Shown here piece after piece: positions 8,372-17,666 of a stretch of DNA of 64,000 nt. Where the stretch lies: assembly GCA_040217195.1 (NCBI GenBank), contig JAVJNR010000004.1, positions 32,001 to 96,000 of the forward strand, written 5' to 3'. The notes under the pieces were generated by a model. That model was not told the origin of the DNA and did no database searches. It worked only from the letters and a program-made list of their open reading frames with translations. Numbering within the stretch: the stretch's first letter is position 1; every line of letters starts with the position of its first letter. The DNA comes from Leptospiraceae bacterium. Lineage in GTDB: Bacteria; Spirochaetota; Leptospiria; Leptospirales; Leptonemataceae. A program made the position numbers and the translations under genes.

Positions 8372-9031
8372 TCAAGCCTCAGAATGAACACTGGAGGCCG
8401 GACTGGCAACAGGAATTTCCATACTCAACTCATTGGGCTGACGAGAAATATAGAGATGCGGCACAGAATACAGAAGCTTCCCGGTTTCATTGGAATAGAC
8501 TCTTACATCCCGCATCAGTAACTCTCGATCCTGACCGGAATCCGAGAAGATGGCAACCGAGCCAAAATATACCAGTCCAATCCGGTGGTCCCGAACTATG
8601 ATCCAGTCAAAGGCAGGATCGGGAATATTGTGAAAATGAGTCCAGACATCCGCATCGCCGAAATGGTTTGTAAGGTGTAATGCATGCCCCACGCGGTTGA
8701 TCCACTTATGGGTATGAATGTAGGTCGCAATAAACGAGATAATCACCCCGGTAGCTGCTGCTCCAAACACCTCGGCCGGATTGAGCTTCTGCTCCTCGTC
8801 CAGCAGTACATCGAAGAAAACGAAATCCGGAATACCCGAAAAGACCAGAGATAGAAGCCAGATGAAGATTCCATACAGCCCATAGCTGAAGACAGCAAAA
8901 ACGATGATCTCCAGGTAATCTTCCCAGTCCTTCCGGGGGTTACGACCGCGCATAAGCCTGAACAGAGAACTCGCAATAATTCCAGGAAGAAGCAGAAAGA
9001 TAATGCGAATTAGAAAGCCAGTTACACTCAT
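8372..9031 (-). CDS. DUF6338-like membrane protein
   Basis: LLLPG in the first TM helix, 3 TM segments, VW..F, WIIV, VYFG, S..REL.M.DV soluble beta domain. Confidence 0.65.
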   Translation of the reverse strand: MSVTGFLIRIIFLLLPGIIASSLFRLMRGRNPRKDWEDYLEIIVFAVFSYGLYGIFIWLLSLVFSGIPDFVFFDVLLDEEQKLNPAEVFGAAATGVIISFIATYIHTHKWINRVGHALHLTNHFGDADVWTHFHNIPDPAFDWIIVRDHRIGLVYFGSVAIFSDSGQDRELLMRDVRVYSNETGKLLYSVPHLYISRQPNELSMEIPVASPASSVHSEA

Positions 9032-9064
9032 AGAATTCTCGCCAAAAATGAAATACGTATCTGC

Positions 9065-9457
9065 TCAGTCAAACAGGCCATCCTGACCCAGCCTTTCCAG
9101 CACAGACTTCTCCTCTTTCCTTGCCTTCTTTAATTCCTCTTCCAGCAGAGAGATCACGTTTCTGGTCGCGGCCAGTTGCCCCTTTAACTTCTCCACTTTC
9201 TTACGATCCTTCTGCGTAAGCTGTACGGATGAATCCGCCGCGCGGGATTGGCCTGGTTCGATCTTGCCTTTACCAGAAGCAGTCGGAGACTTCTGCTTTT
9301 TCTTTAGATCGGATACCAGGCGTTTGGCCGTACCTTCCGTTACCTGAACTTTGGACTTCTTCTGGATTTCCTCTGCAAGAGAGCTTTCCCCCTGAAGAAG
9401 TTCATTGAACTTCTTGGATGCCTGTCTGTGATCGGAGCCCGGGTTTTCACGGTTCAT
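9065..9457 (-). CDS. Lys-rich coiled-coil hypothetical protein
   Basis: 130-aa ORF co-oriented with downstream genes; heptad-like C-terminal half. Confidence 0.55.
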   Translation of the reverse strand: MNRENPGSDHRQASKKFNELLQGESSLAEEIQKKSKVQVTEGTAKRLVSDLKKKQKSPTASGKGKIEPGQSRAADSSVQLTQKDRKKVEKLKGQLAATRNVISLLEEELKKARKEEKSVLERLGQDGLFD

Positions 9458-9654
9458 TGAACCTTGATTCTTTCCCCGGCGGCCGGATCCCAGGGGCTAG
9501 ATGGGTCGATGACCGGCGTTGCGGGCGGGTCCTTTCTGAACCCGGGCTGGTTTCGCCTTAGATCCTCCTCCACGCTCTAACCCGAACTCCGGGGAGCCAC
9601 ATCCCCCGGTTCGTATGATGTCCCACACTGTGCTTTAAACAGAACGGCGCTCCA

Positions 9655-10017
9655 TTGAAAGATCTATCCCAGGAAGACCTGGGAAATCTTGTAGACTTGA
9701 ACTACAATCATATAGGCCGCTACGAGCGCGGGGAATCCCGGCCTTCGGCACACACAAGCTCAGAGCCGGTGCTGCACAGGATGTGCGAATGTCGCGGAGG
9801 ACAGGATGTCCCAGAGCGACCGGATGCCCTGGGAGTTACTACCGATTATCTACTCGGCGGATCCGAGGACAACTCTGTGCGCGCCGATCTGGAAGATCAG
9901 GAGCTTCTGGATATGTTTCGCCGGGTCCAAAAGCTACCGGAAGACAAGAAGCGATCCGTAAAGGATTTCCTGGAAGCCTCTCTGTTTCGCGAAAGAGTAA
10001 GAGAGGATATTGCTTAG
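9655..10017 (+). pseudogene. XRE-family HTH regulator interrupted by an insertion in the HTH
   Basis: LSQEDLG..IGRYERGESRPS-[extra residues]-DALGVTTDYLL; only a TTG start, N-terminus appears eroded. Confidence 0.75.
9774..9821 (+). mobile_element. ~48-bp double-hairpin element, copy 1
   Basis: gcac-aggat-gtgc gaat gtcgc gga ggac-aggat-gtcc caga gcgac c. Confidence 0.7.
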
Positions 10018-10094
10018 GGGCAGCGAACGAGAGCGGGTGCTTCGCGCGAAGATGCTGTTTCTCAGATAGCTTTCCTTCCGCGACAACGCATAGC

Positions 10095-10622
10095 CTAATC
10101 AAGAGGTTGACCAATTTCACGATAGTAGTCAGCGATCTCTTGGCGCGAGCCCGGCCAAAATTCGAAGTGTTTCCCTATAAATGTGTTGTCAGGTGCGGGA
10201 TTCATCTTACCTGACTCGTCCAAGGCATTATGCTTAATTACAGAGTGCTTTACAATGCCGTCTAACAAGAATACTGTAATTGTGTAGCGCACCTTGGCAT
10301 CGTAACCTGAAACGCCGGGCTCACTTATTTCAATATTTTCGCCGTAGAAATAGGCATTCACTGCATCATAGGAAAACTGGTCACCATCGATGGTTTTCGC
10401 GCGTGGCTTGCCAAAGACCAGTTTGATGCCAGGACAATTCTCGGTCAGTATCTGTGGCAATGGCTCACCTACTTCAGGTTGACGTTCCAGGATCCGGGGG
10501 AGCTCCGGAGCGTCCCAACCTCGAGATCCAAGCGGACAACGATCAGGCTCAGCTCCTTGCCCCCGGCAGACCGAGCCACCGGCGGTAACGAGGCATAAAA
10601 GAAGATAACCGCCTATTTTCAT
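10095..10622 (-). CDS. Putative immunity protein (exported)
   Basis: ATGA overlap with the toxin stop; signal-peptide-like N-terminus. Confidence 0.65.
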   Translation of the reverse strand: MKIGGYLLLCLVTAGGSVCRGQGAEPDRCPLGSRGWDAPELPRILERQPEVGEPLPQILTENCPGIKLVFGKPRAKTIDGDQFSYDAVNAYFYGENIEISEPGVSGYDAKVRYTITVFLLDGIVKHSVIKHNALDESGKMNPAPDNTFIGKHFEFWPGSRQEIADYYREIGQPLD

Positions 10623-12200
10623 AGTCCCCCTCCATCCTTCAAAATTTCTTTGAGCGATTTCTCGATGGAACCCATATACTGATCATAATCATGATCTTGC
10701 CCGCTGCCCTTTTGAGTTCCTTTATCATAAAAATCAGAGTGATAACGGCGGTACCATTGATTTATTTTACGATGCGGGAATTTAGGTTCTCCAGCCAGAG
10801 GTATATGGTCACCCGGATTAACGTAGCGACGGAAATGATTGAGACGCTGCGGATGAGGCATTTCATCCGGGGACTGAGCGGGCCCCACACATATAGAATT
10901 CATTGCGGAGATATCATTGTTTATTCCGTATTCTTTCAATGCGATTCCGCCCATAATACCTGCCTGGCTGCGTGCGATGATAGTCTTGATCTTACCGGTG
11001 TTTATCAAGGCCCTAATACTCGCCATCTCAAGTCCGCGACCGATCGAAGATTCATTGGTTGCTTTGAGAGTCGCCGATTCTAAAGTATCAGTCACATAGG
11101 GTACGCCCCGCGTGGGGTTATGAACTGATACAACGTTATCAATGCCATATTTTTGCAGCAAGAGCCACGTTTTATCCAGACCGGCCATAGAGGCCCTCGT
11201 ATCATAATTCTGACCGAACAATACGCCGCCGGTGGAATCTGGCACCTTCAATTCGTTTAGCTTCTGTTGGAACGAGGGCTTTCCATGGGAGTTCATCACT
11301 ATCACGTCGCCTGGCAACAGAGTATGACCATTTATCTCCATGTTCATCGGAGGTGAACGACCCAGCAAATTGGGTTTTGCCGGAAAATCCCTGCCGGGAA
11401 AAGTCTCCTTTATCTTGTTTCCGTATTTATCCGTAAACTCGACCGTATATTCGTTCTTCTCACTGTTGTATAGGACGCGCTCGCCGTTCTTGCCTTTGTA
11501 GACTCGCGTGAACCCTTCCGGACCTTTTTCATATCCCGCAACATATTGCGCGGCCTCAAGATCCATGAGAATCTCTTCGCCTAACCACTCCGTCTTGAGA
11601 ACGCCGGTTAAGCAGCCCTGTCCGCAGCAATTGCCGCGCTCAACCCATTGGTAGTTCGCCGCATTATGCACCACCACACCCTGGTCCGTCACCAGATACG
11701 TATGGTTCTCCGCTACCTCGAAGATATACACTTCCTCCGATCGCGGATCCACCTGCATTTTCGCAATCCGCAGAGTGCCCTTGTCCGTCTTGCTTACATC
11801 ACCGGCGCGTAGCTCTTCTGCTTTCACCCAGCCAAAAACCTGAAGAACTGCTTCGCAGTTCTCCGATTCTACTGCCGCCCTCCGGTTGCCCCATTCAATG
11901 TAGAAAGGATGGCTCCAAGTCGTTTCGATTACAGTACCATCTTCGTAGGTTAGCTGGCAGATTTTATCTGCGGTTCGAATGAAGTTCTGCACCACCGCCT
12001 TGTATTTGCTGGCCACGGATGGCCGAATGCCGCGGAGGACAGGAAGTCCGAGAGCGGCCAAACTCTCCGGTCTTCTCGTTCCATGACAGAACCAGGTCTT
12101 TGGCGCGTACATCTTCGACGTTTTTGTAGAATTGGCCGCCTTTCTCAAACGCTCCCGGCGTGGACCGGTGCACTCTTACAAGAGTGCCCGCAACGAAGCA
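10619..12200 (-). pseudogene. Polymorphic toxin remnant: pre-toxin Hint domain plus alpha/beta-hydrolase-like C-terminal domain; no start codon, frameshifted
   Basis: CFVAGTLV at 12200, KNVEDV..DLVLSWNEKTGE, frameshift at ~12011-12059, TT.SHPFY, VYIFEVAENHTYLV..VVVHN ending 11663; C-terminal IIARSQAG, NPGDHIP, HDYDQY. Confidence 0.8.
12011..12059 (+). mobile_element. ~49-bp double-hairpin element, copy 2
   Basis: ggcc-acggat-ggcc gaat gccgc gga ggac-aggaa-gtcc gaga gcggc c; coincides with the Hint frameshift. Confidence 0.7.
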
Positions 12201-12221
12201 GACTCGGATTTTAAAACTGCC

Positions 12222-13121
12222 CTACATCCCTCCGGTGGAGAAATCGATCATATTGTTGATCTTAACGTTTCGATCCAGTTCAGCCTCTGCAGCCGCCTGG
12301 GCCAGATGACGATCCACAGCTCGCAGTACCTTCTTATAGGCCTGGATAATTCTGAACTGCTTTTCATAGGGGATGGGATCCTGTGCATTATGAAGCTGGA
12401 TTCTTTCTTCGGGTTCCACTCCCATGTTGGGTAATGGAATTCCGTCCCATCCAACATAGGTGGGCTTCTGCGAGGTTGGATAGGTATAATACGAGAGGTT
12501 AATTTCACTGTTGTCCAGCAATTGCACATCGGCCCCCGGGGGTTTATTCAGTGCCTGGGCCACATCCTCCGGATTGGGATGTTCAATCCGTCGAACTTCC
12601 CTGGTGTGCTGGATTCCGCTATAATTGATTCTATAGAATTGAACAATCATTCTATCCAGGCCCTGAGTAATATCTTCGGGGTTCTTGGGATACAGAAATA
12701 CATGAGATTCATAGAGATAGATATTGGGAAAGATATCGGTGCTAAAACTCAGACCATGCCGCAATCTCATTCTATAGAAACGTTTTCCCTGCTGATCCAG
12801 GGCAGAAATAAATTCAGTTCGCGCATCCTGATCGGTGAGCACCTCTGCAGACTCCGGATACGGCTGGGCCTTGCCCAGGGCTGCCACGGTGGCTAGATTT
12901 CTGGTGATGCGGCCGTGCAGGTTATCTATTTCAATGTCTCCAAATCCACTGGCACGGTTCTTCTCCCGAATCTCTTTTTCCACAAGGTTGAGCTGATCCG
13001 GACCGATTGCATGCACAGGACGAACCAGCAGCCAGAGTAACAGCGCAGCCTGCGCAACAGCCAGTATTACAGCCAGACCTCTAAGTATTCTGGATCCTTC
13101 ATGGTTGCTTCTAGTTCTCAT
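12222..13121 (-). CDS. Exported hypothetical protein
   Basis: 299-aa ORF, GGGGAG RBS, N-terminal hydrophobic signal ending PVHA. Confidence 0.75.
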   Translation of the reverse strand: MRTRSNHEGSRILRGLAVILAVAQAALLLWLLVRPVHAIGPDQLNLVEKEIREKNRASGFGDIEIDNLHGRITRNLATVAALGKAQPYPESAEVLTDQDARTEFISALDQQGKRFYRMRLRHGLSFSTDIFPNIYLYESHVFLYPKNPEDITQGLDRMIVQFYRINYSGIQHTREVRRIEHPNPEDVAQALNKPPGADVQLLDNSEINLSYYTYPTSQKPTYVGWDGIPLPNMGVEPEERIQLHNAQDPIPYEKQFRIIQAYKKVLRAVDRHLAQAAAEAELDRNVKINNMIDFSTGGM

Positions 13122-13202
13122 TGTTCTCCCCTGCTTCGCACCGCGGCGCAGCTCTACCTATTCTTTATCGAACCCGGCACAGCCCAATCTTAAAGACCTG
13201 AG

Positions 13203-13685
13203 CTATCTGTTCTTAATAACTAGATTTAAGAGCTGTTTTTCCAGCTTTTCCATGTGAAGAGCATCTGCTTCGGAAGTCTCATGATCATAACCCAAAAGAT
13301 GATACAATCCATGAATGGTGAGTATTCTGAGCTCATGCAATGGGCTGTGTCCTTTTTCCAGTGCCTGTTTCACGCATTGGGGACGAGAAATTACAATGTC
13401 CCCCAGAGTCAGCGGGCCTGAATCCGGAAAATCCAGGCCTTCTACCTGGGAAAAACTCAATACATCTGTAGTTCTATCTTTATCTCTAAAATCCCGATTG
13501 AGCTGCTGCATTCTGGAATCACCCACCAGGCTAAACGATAGAATTACAGGACGCCTGATTCCCTGCTTTTTCTTGAACATTGGAAGAATCGTATACAATT
13601 CCTGAAGCAATTCTTCATTCGAAGGAAACCCTGCAGGAGGTTTACCGGAAAGGCCTTGAAAAAGTATTTCATCCATGGGTTCCAC
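13203..13685 (-). CDS. ybeY: rRNA maturation RNase YbeY
   Basis: LNRDFR.KD..TDVLSF, LGDIVIS, HGLYHLLGYDH. Confidence 0.95.
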   Translation of the reverse strand: MEPMDEILFQGLSGKPPAGFPSNEELLQELYTILPMFKKKQGIRRPVILSFSLVGDSRMQQLNRDFRDKDRTTDVLSFSQVEGLDFPDSGPLTLGDIVISRPQCVKQALEKGHSPLHELRILTIHGLYHLLGYDHETSEADALHMEKLEKQLLNLVIKNR

Positions 13686-13879
13686 TCCAGGAAATCATCT
13701 GAAGGTTAATCTGGGGATTAATCGAATCTTAGACTTTGAATTCATCTGAGTTCTGGTTATTTCGTTTCGTCGAGGCCGGGTATCTATGAGAAAGAAGCAG
13801 TCTGGATTTCAGCGATGAATCTCTGTTGAAATAAACCTGATCGAATAACAAGCTCATGCTGCTGCGAAATTAGACAGTA

Positions 13880-16330
13880 TCAGGATTTCTTCCTGGCAAC
13901 ATTGCGATTGCTGGATTTATCGGTGGAGCCTTCCGATTTCTTTTTTCCCGTTGCTGCTCGTTTTTTGCCGGACGTCGCCTGGCGCTCGGATTCAAGCTTC
14001 TGAGTATCCTGAGCATTCGGATACTTGGGTCTGAAATGATAGGAACTTTGAAGCACTTCTTTAAATGCCTGTTTCACTACACTTAGATCTCCCAGGGTAA
14101 GGCCTGAATCATCCAGCTGGTTTTCAGCCATCTTAATATTGATTATCTTCTGGATTAAGTTATCCAGAGCCGATTCGCTATAATCATCCAGACTACGACT
14201 GGCCGCTTCCAGAGAGTCTGCAATCATTACGATTCCGGTCTCCCTGGACCTGGGTGTGGGGCCTGGATAACGAAAATCCTCTCGATTGACTTTTCGTTTC
14301 ATTTTCTCCAGAGCTTTATGATAGAAAAAAGACATGGTGGATGTGCCATGGTGCTCTGGAATGAATGCGATGACTTCCCGGGGCAGCCTTGCCTGACGGG
14401 CCATTTCAATACCGTCCAGTACATGATCTATGATTACCTTCGCAGCCTTCTGCGGATTGTTTTTATCGATATTCTCTTCTCGTGGAATCAAATGCTGGTT
14501 TTCTACAAAAAATCCGGCCCGTTTCATCTTTCCGATGTCATGATAATAAACACCGGTTCGAACCAGCATTGTATTCAATCCCAGTCTTTCGCAGGCTTTC
14601 TCTGCCAGAGCAGCCACCATCAAAGTATGCGTCCAGGTAGACGGAGCGCGACGAAATAGATCCTGGAGCAATCGGTTTGAAGAGTCTGCAAGTTCAATTA
14701 GCTTGAAACGAGTGGGCACATTAAACAATGTTTCGAATACAGGCAGCACTGCCATGGCCAGAATGGTGGCCAGACCGGATCCTATCTGGGCCCGCAGAGC
14801 TTTCAGAAAACTCAACGAAAATAAAGTTGTTTCTTCGCCTGTTGCAAGAATGGGCTTCTGACTGTATAAATATCCGGCCACCACAATGACGCTGCCTACC
14901 AGCGCAATAGTCAGACCAGTGGTAATGAAATGCAGACGATTCTTGATTCTGGACCCGAGGATTCCTGCCAGAAGGGCACTTGCAAAAGCAATTAGCAATG
15001 AGTTGCCATCGTAGTTACTTGCAATAAAGACAAGAAAGCCCAGATAGCAACCTACAATCAGAGCAAGAATCTCTCCAAAGATAAGAGCGATGAGTACTAC
15101 AAAGAATCCAATGGGAATGTAACTTCCGAAGAATGCGGATAATTCCAGACGAGCCCTGTCTTCCTGCCATAAATTGAGCACAAAAAGTAGCAGCAGCCCA
15201 AAGGACCAGACCACCAGATAAAGCATCATATTGCCGGAAACATCGTCCAGCTTGTGCCGCGCAAATCTCATGGACAGGTAAAGAAGCAATGCAACCAGCA
15301 ATATCTGTTGAATAAACAAAGCAGCCACTCGACCAATGCGATCCCGATTCATGGCCTGGTTGTAGAACTCAAGAGCGCGATACTTCTCGCTTGTAATCAC
15401 ATCCCCTTTCTGGACCAGCACTTCCCCTTTCTTGGAGCGATACATTGGAGGCTTCACTTCTTTGGCCGCCAGGGCACGCGCTTCTTCTGTGGCCTCTGGA
15501 TCAAACCTGGCCGGTTCCATATAATAGAGATAATGCACGGTGAGCTGTACTATAGCCTCCCGGAATTGCCCTGCCGGACTTTGAAGCTTTTTGGCTGCAA
15601 TGTCTCGAATTACGGATAATACATTACCGGAAACAAGCAGGTTCCTTCGAATGAGCCTGTCCGCCGGCAAAGTGCTTTCTGTGGGTGCACTGCCAGGCTG
15701 AATGTCCTGTACAACCACAAGATTGCCCTTGAAGTCCCCGCTATCCGGATATTCGTGCAGAATAATAAATTCCTGATAGGACAGGTTGGCCAGCTGCTGA
15801 AGCTGCTTTCGCACATATTCGGATCTGTAAGCAAGTATGGTTTCCCATTGCTTCTTACTCAGACCGGATAGTCGCCAGATTCTCAAGTCTCCTCGCACAC
15901 AGGCTCGACGCTCGTTGAAATTCGCATACTCGAAGCGACATCGTTTAACTGCCTGGAGATCTGAATTCAGAGTTTTCTGGAAGCTACCTTCCGGGCCCAG
16001 TATGGCCAGATCCCGGATGAAATGGAGTGGAGCATTCTTTTGCGCATCCTCGCGAGCCAGTTTATATTGCTCCTCCAGAGTAAATTGAATATCGGTGGTA
16101 GCAACTACGGTTTCCGGTGCCGGTTTTCCTGCAGCAAATGAGCCGTCCGGACCAAGTTTCAGTTCCTTTTTAATGATTACAGGATACGAAAGAACCAGAG
16201 TAAGTATAATAACTGTAAGAGCCAGCAATGCCAGCTGTAGCTTTCGCACGAAAGCAGCCGGTCGGGAAGCTGTTAGAAAATCGGATAACCGAACCAGCCA
16301 GCCTTGAAAGATGGATTTAATTGAGAACAC
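13880..16330 (-). CDS. 7TM-HD family phosphohydrolase (PgpH-like)
   Basis: Extracellular domain, multi-TM region, YYHDIGK, HV.DG, EHHGT, FRYPGP.P, IADSLEAASRSL; phoH-HD-ybeY context. Confidence 0.9.
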   Translation of the reverse strand: MFSIKSIFQGWLVRLSDFLTASRPAAFVRKLQLALLALTVIILTLVLSYPVIIKKELKLGPDGSFAAGKPAPETVVATTDIQFTLEEQYKLAREDAQKNAPLHFIRDLAILGPEGSFQKTLNSDLQAVKRCRFEYANFNERRACVRGDLRIWRLSGLSKKQWETILAYRSEYVRKQLQQLANLSYQEFIILHEYPDSGDFKGNLVVVQDIQPGSAPTESTLPADRLIRRNLLVSGNVLSVIRDIAAKKLQSPAGQFREAIVQLTVHYLYYMEPARFDPEATEEARALAAKEVKPPMYRSKKGEVLVQKGDVITSEKYRALEFYNQAMNRDRIGRVAALFIQQILLVALLLYLSMRFARHKLDDVSGNMMLYLVVWSFGLLLLFVLNLWQEDRARLELSAFFGSYIPIGFFVVLIALIFGEILALIVGCYLGFLVFIASNYDGNSLLIAFASALLAGILGSRIKNRLHFITTGLTIALVGSVIVVAGYLYSQKPILATGEETTLFSLSFLKALRAQIGSGLATILAMAVLPVFETLFNVPTRFKLIELADSSNRLLQDLFRRAPSTWTHTLMVAALAEKACERLGLNTMLVRTGVYYHDIGKMKRAGFFVENQHLIPREENIDKNNPQKAAKVIIDHVLDGIEMARQARLPREVIAFIPEHHGTSTMSFFYHKALEKMKRKVNREDFRYPGPTPRSRETGIVMIADSLEAASRSLDDYSESALDNLIQKIINIKMAENQLDDSGLTLGDLSVVKQAFKEVLQSSYHFRPKYPNAQDTQKLESERQATSGKKRAATGKKKSEGSTDKSSNRNVARKKS

Positions 16331-16332
16331 TC

Positions 16333-17487
16333 TTAAACCTCGGACTCTTCTTCTTCAAATGCAGCCACTATGCGCTCCACAATGGCATTACGTACTATAT
16401 CTTCTTTACCAAATCGAATTACCGAAATACCGTTTACTCGTTCCAGAATTCTGACTGCTTTAAGCAAACCGCTTTTGCCCGGATTTAGATCTACCTGGGT
16501 TTCGTCCCCCCCCAGGCACATATAGGAATTCCTTCCAAGCCTTGTAAGAAACATCTTCAACTGCGCCAGAGTACAGTTTTGGGCTTCATCCAGTACTACC
16601 ATGGCCTGGTTTAAAGTTCGACCTCGCATATAAGCCAGAGGAGCGATTTCAATTCGACGGGCTGCAATCATGCTATGCACTTTTTCCATACCCAGGCATT
16701 CATAAAGAGCATCATATACAGGACGTAAATAGGGATCCACTTTCTGGTTCAAATCGCCAGGCAAGAAGCCCAGACTTTCGCCCGCCTCTACTGCAGGTCT
16801 GGTGAGAATGATTCGATCCACATCTCCGTCCAGTAGCTTTCTGCAGGCCATAACAATGGCCAGAAAGGTTTTACCTGTTCCAGCAGGGCCCAGACAAATT
16901 GTAACCGGCTTGTTTTGCACCGATTCCAGATAGGCAGCCTGTCTATGTGTTCTGGGGTATATGGGTTTTCCGCGAGCCGTGACAAAAACCTTCTGTCGTG
17001 TGCTTTCCAGGGCTTCTGCGGATTCTACATTATCATGATCGGTTTGATCTTCGCCTTCTTCCCGGCTCCTATCGGACGAATGGTGGGCTCCATCGCCGGA
17101 AGGAATTTCTGTGGGCTGCAGATCCGATTCTTTCAATGAACCGTTTCCATCCTTTCTGGCACTCCCGGTATTTACAGCATTCCCGGCGCTAATATTCCCA
17201 TCCGAATGGTCATTCTTATCTTTCTTTTGCAACATGGAGTAGATATATTTCAGGTCGAACTCTTCAATACTGTGCCGGGGTCTATGATCGTAATCTCTGG
17301 AAATTCGCTCGAATAATTGACGGGCCAGTTCTACCGTTTTTCCTTCCCTTCCCTGAATTACAAATCCGTTGCCCCTGGGAATTAACTGTACGGAAAGAAT
17401 TCGTTCCAGGGATGCCACATTGCCATCGGCTATGCCACAAAGGGATCGAAACAATTCAGGATTTTCGAACTGGAAGCGGGCCTCCAT
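16333..17487 (-). CDS. phoH: PhoH-family ATPase
   Basis: [44 protein letters not shown]; start placed at Met 17487. Confidence 0.93.
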   Translation of the reverse strand: MEARFQFENPELFRSLCGIADGNVASLERILSVQLIPRGNGFVIQGREGKTVELARQLFERISRDYDHRPRHSIEEFDLKYIYSMLQKKDKNDHSDGNISAGNAVNTGSARKDGNGSLKESDLQPTEIPSGDGAHHSSDRSREEGEDQTDHDNVESAEALESTRQKVFVTARGKPIYPRTHRQAAYLESVQNKPVTICLGPAGTGKTFLAIVMACRKLLDGDVDRIILTRPAVEAGESLGFLPGDLNQKVDPYLRPVYDALYECLGMEKVHSMIAARRIEIAPLAYMRGRTLNQAMVVLDEAQNCTLAQLKMFLTRLGRNSYMCLGGDETQVDLNPGKSGLLKAVRILERVNGISVIRFGKEDIVRNAIVERIVAAFEEEESEV

Positions 17488-17666
17488 ATAGTTCAGCGGA
17501 AACCCTCTTCGAGAGGAAAGTGAGGTCTGTTCAGTGCCATGCAATCGATGGGCTCAGTGAAAGGTGCCTTTCAATAGAAGGCAAGATATTTTCCCGTCTG
17601 AAAAACAGCAAATTAGCAATCCAAACCATAAGACGCGGCCGGGAAAGTGCCATCCGGGCCGAACTC

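Noticed and set aside
9454..9573. 39-aa GTG ORF overlapping the 9457 start by ATGA
   Set aside because: Too short, no recognisable motif; cannot be supported
10619..12148. Intact 509-aa protein or self-splicing intein as given by the track
   Set aside because: The first ~45 residues are a wrong-frame reading; HN is followed by Ala and there is no host N-extein, fitting a pre-toxin Hint pseudogene
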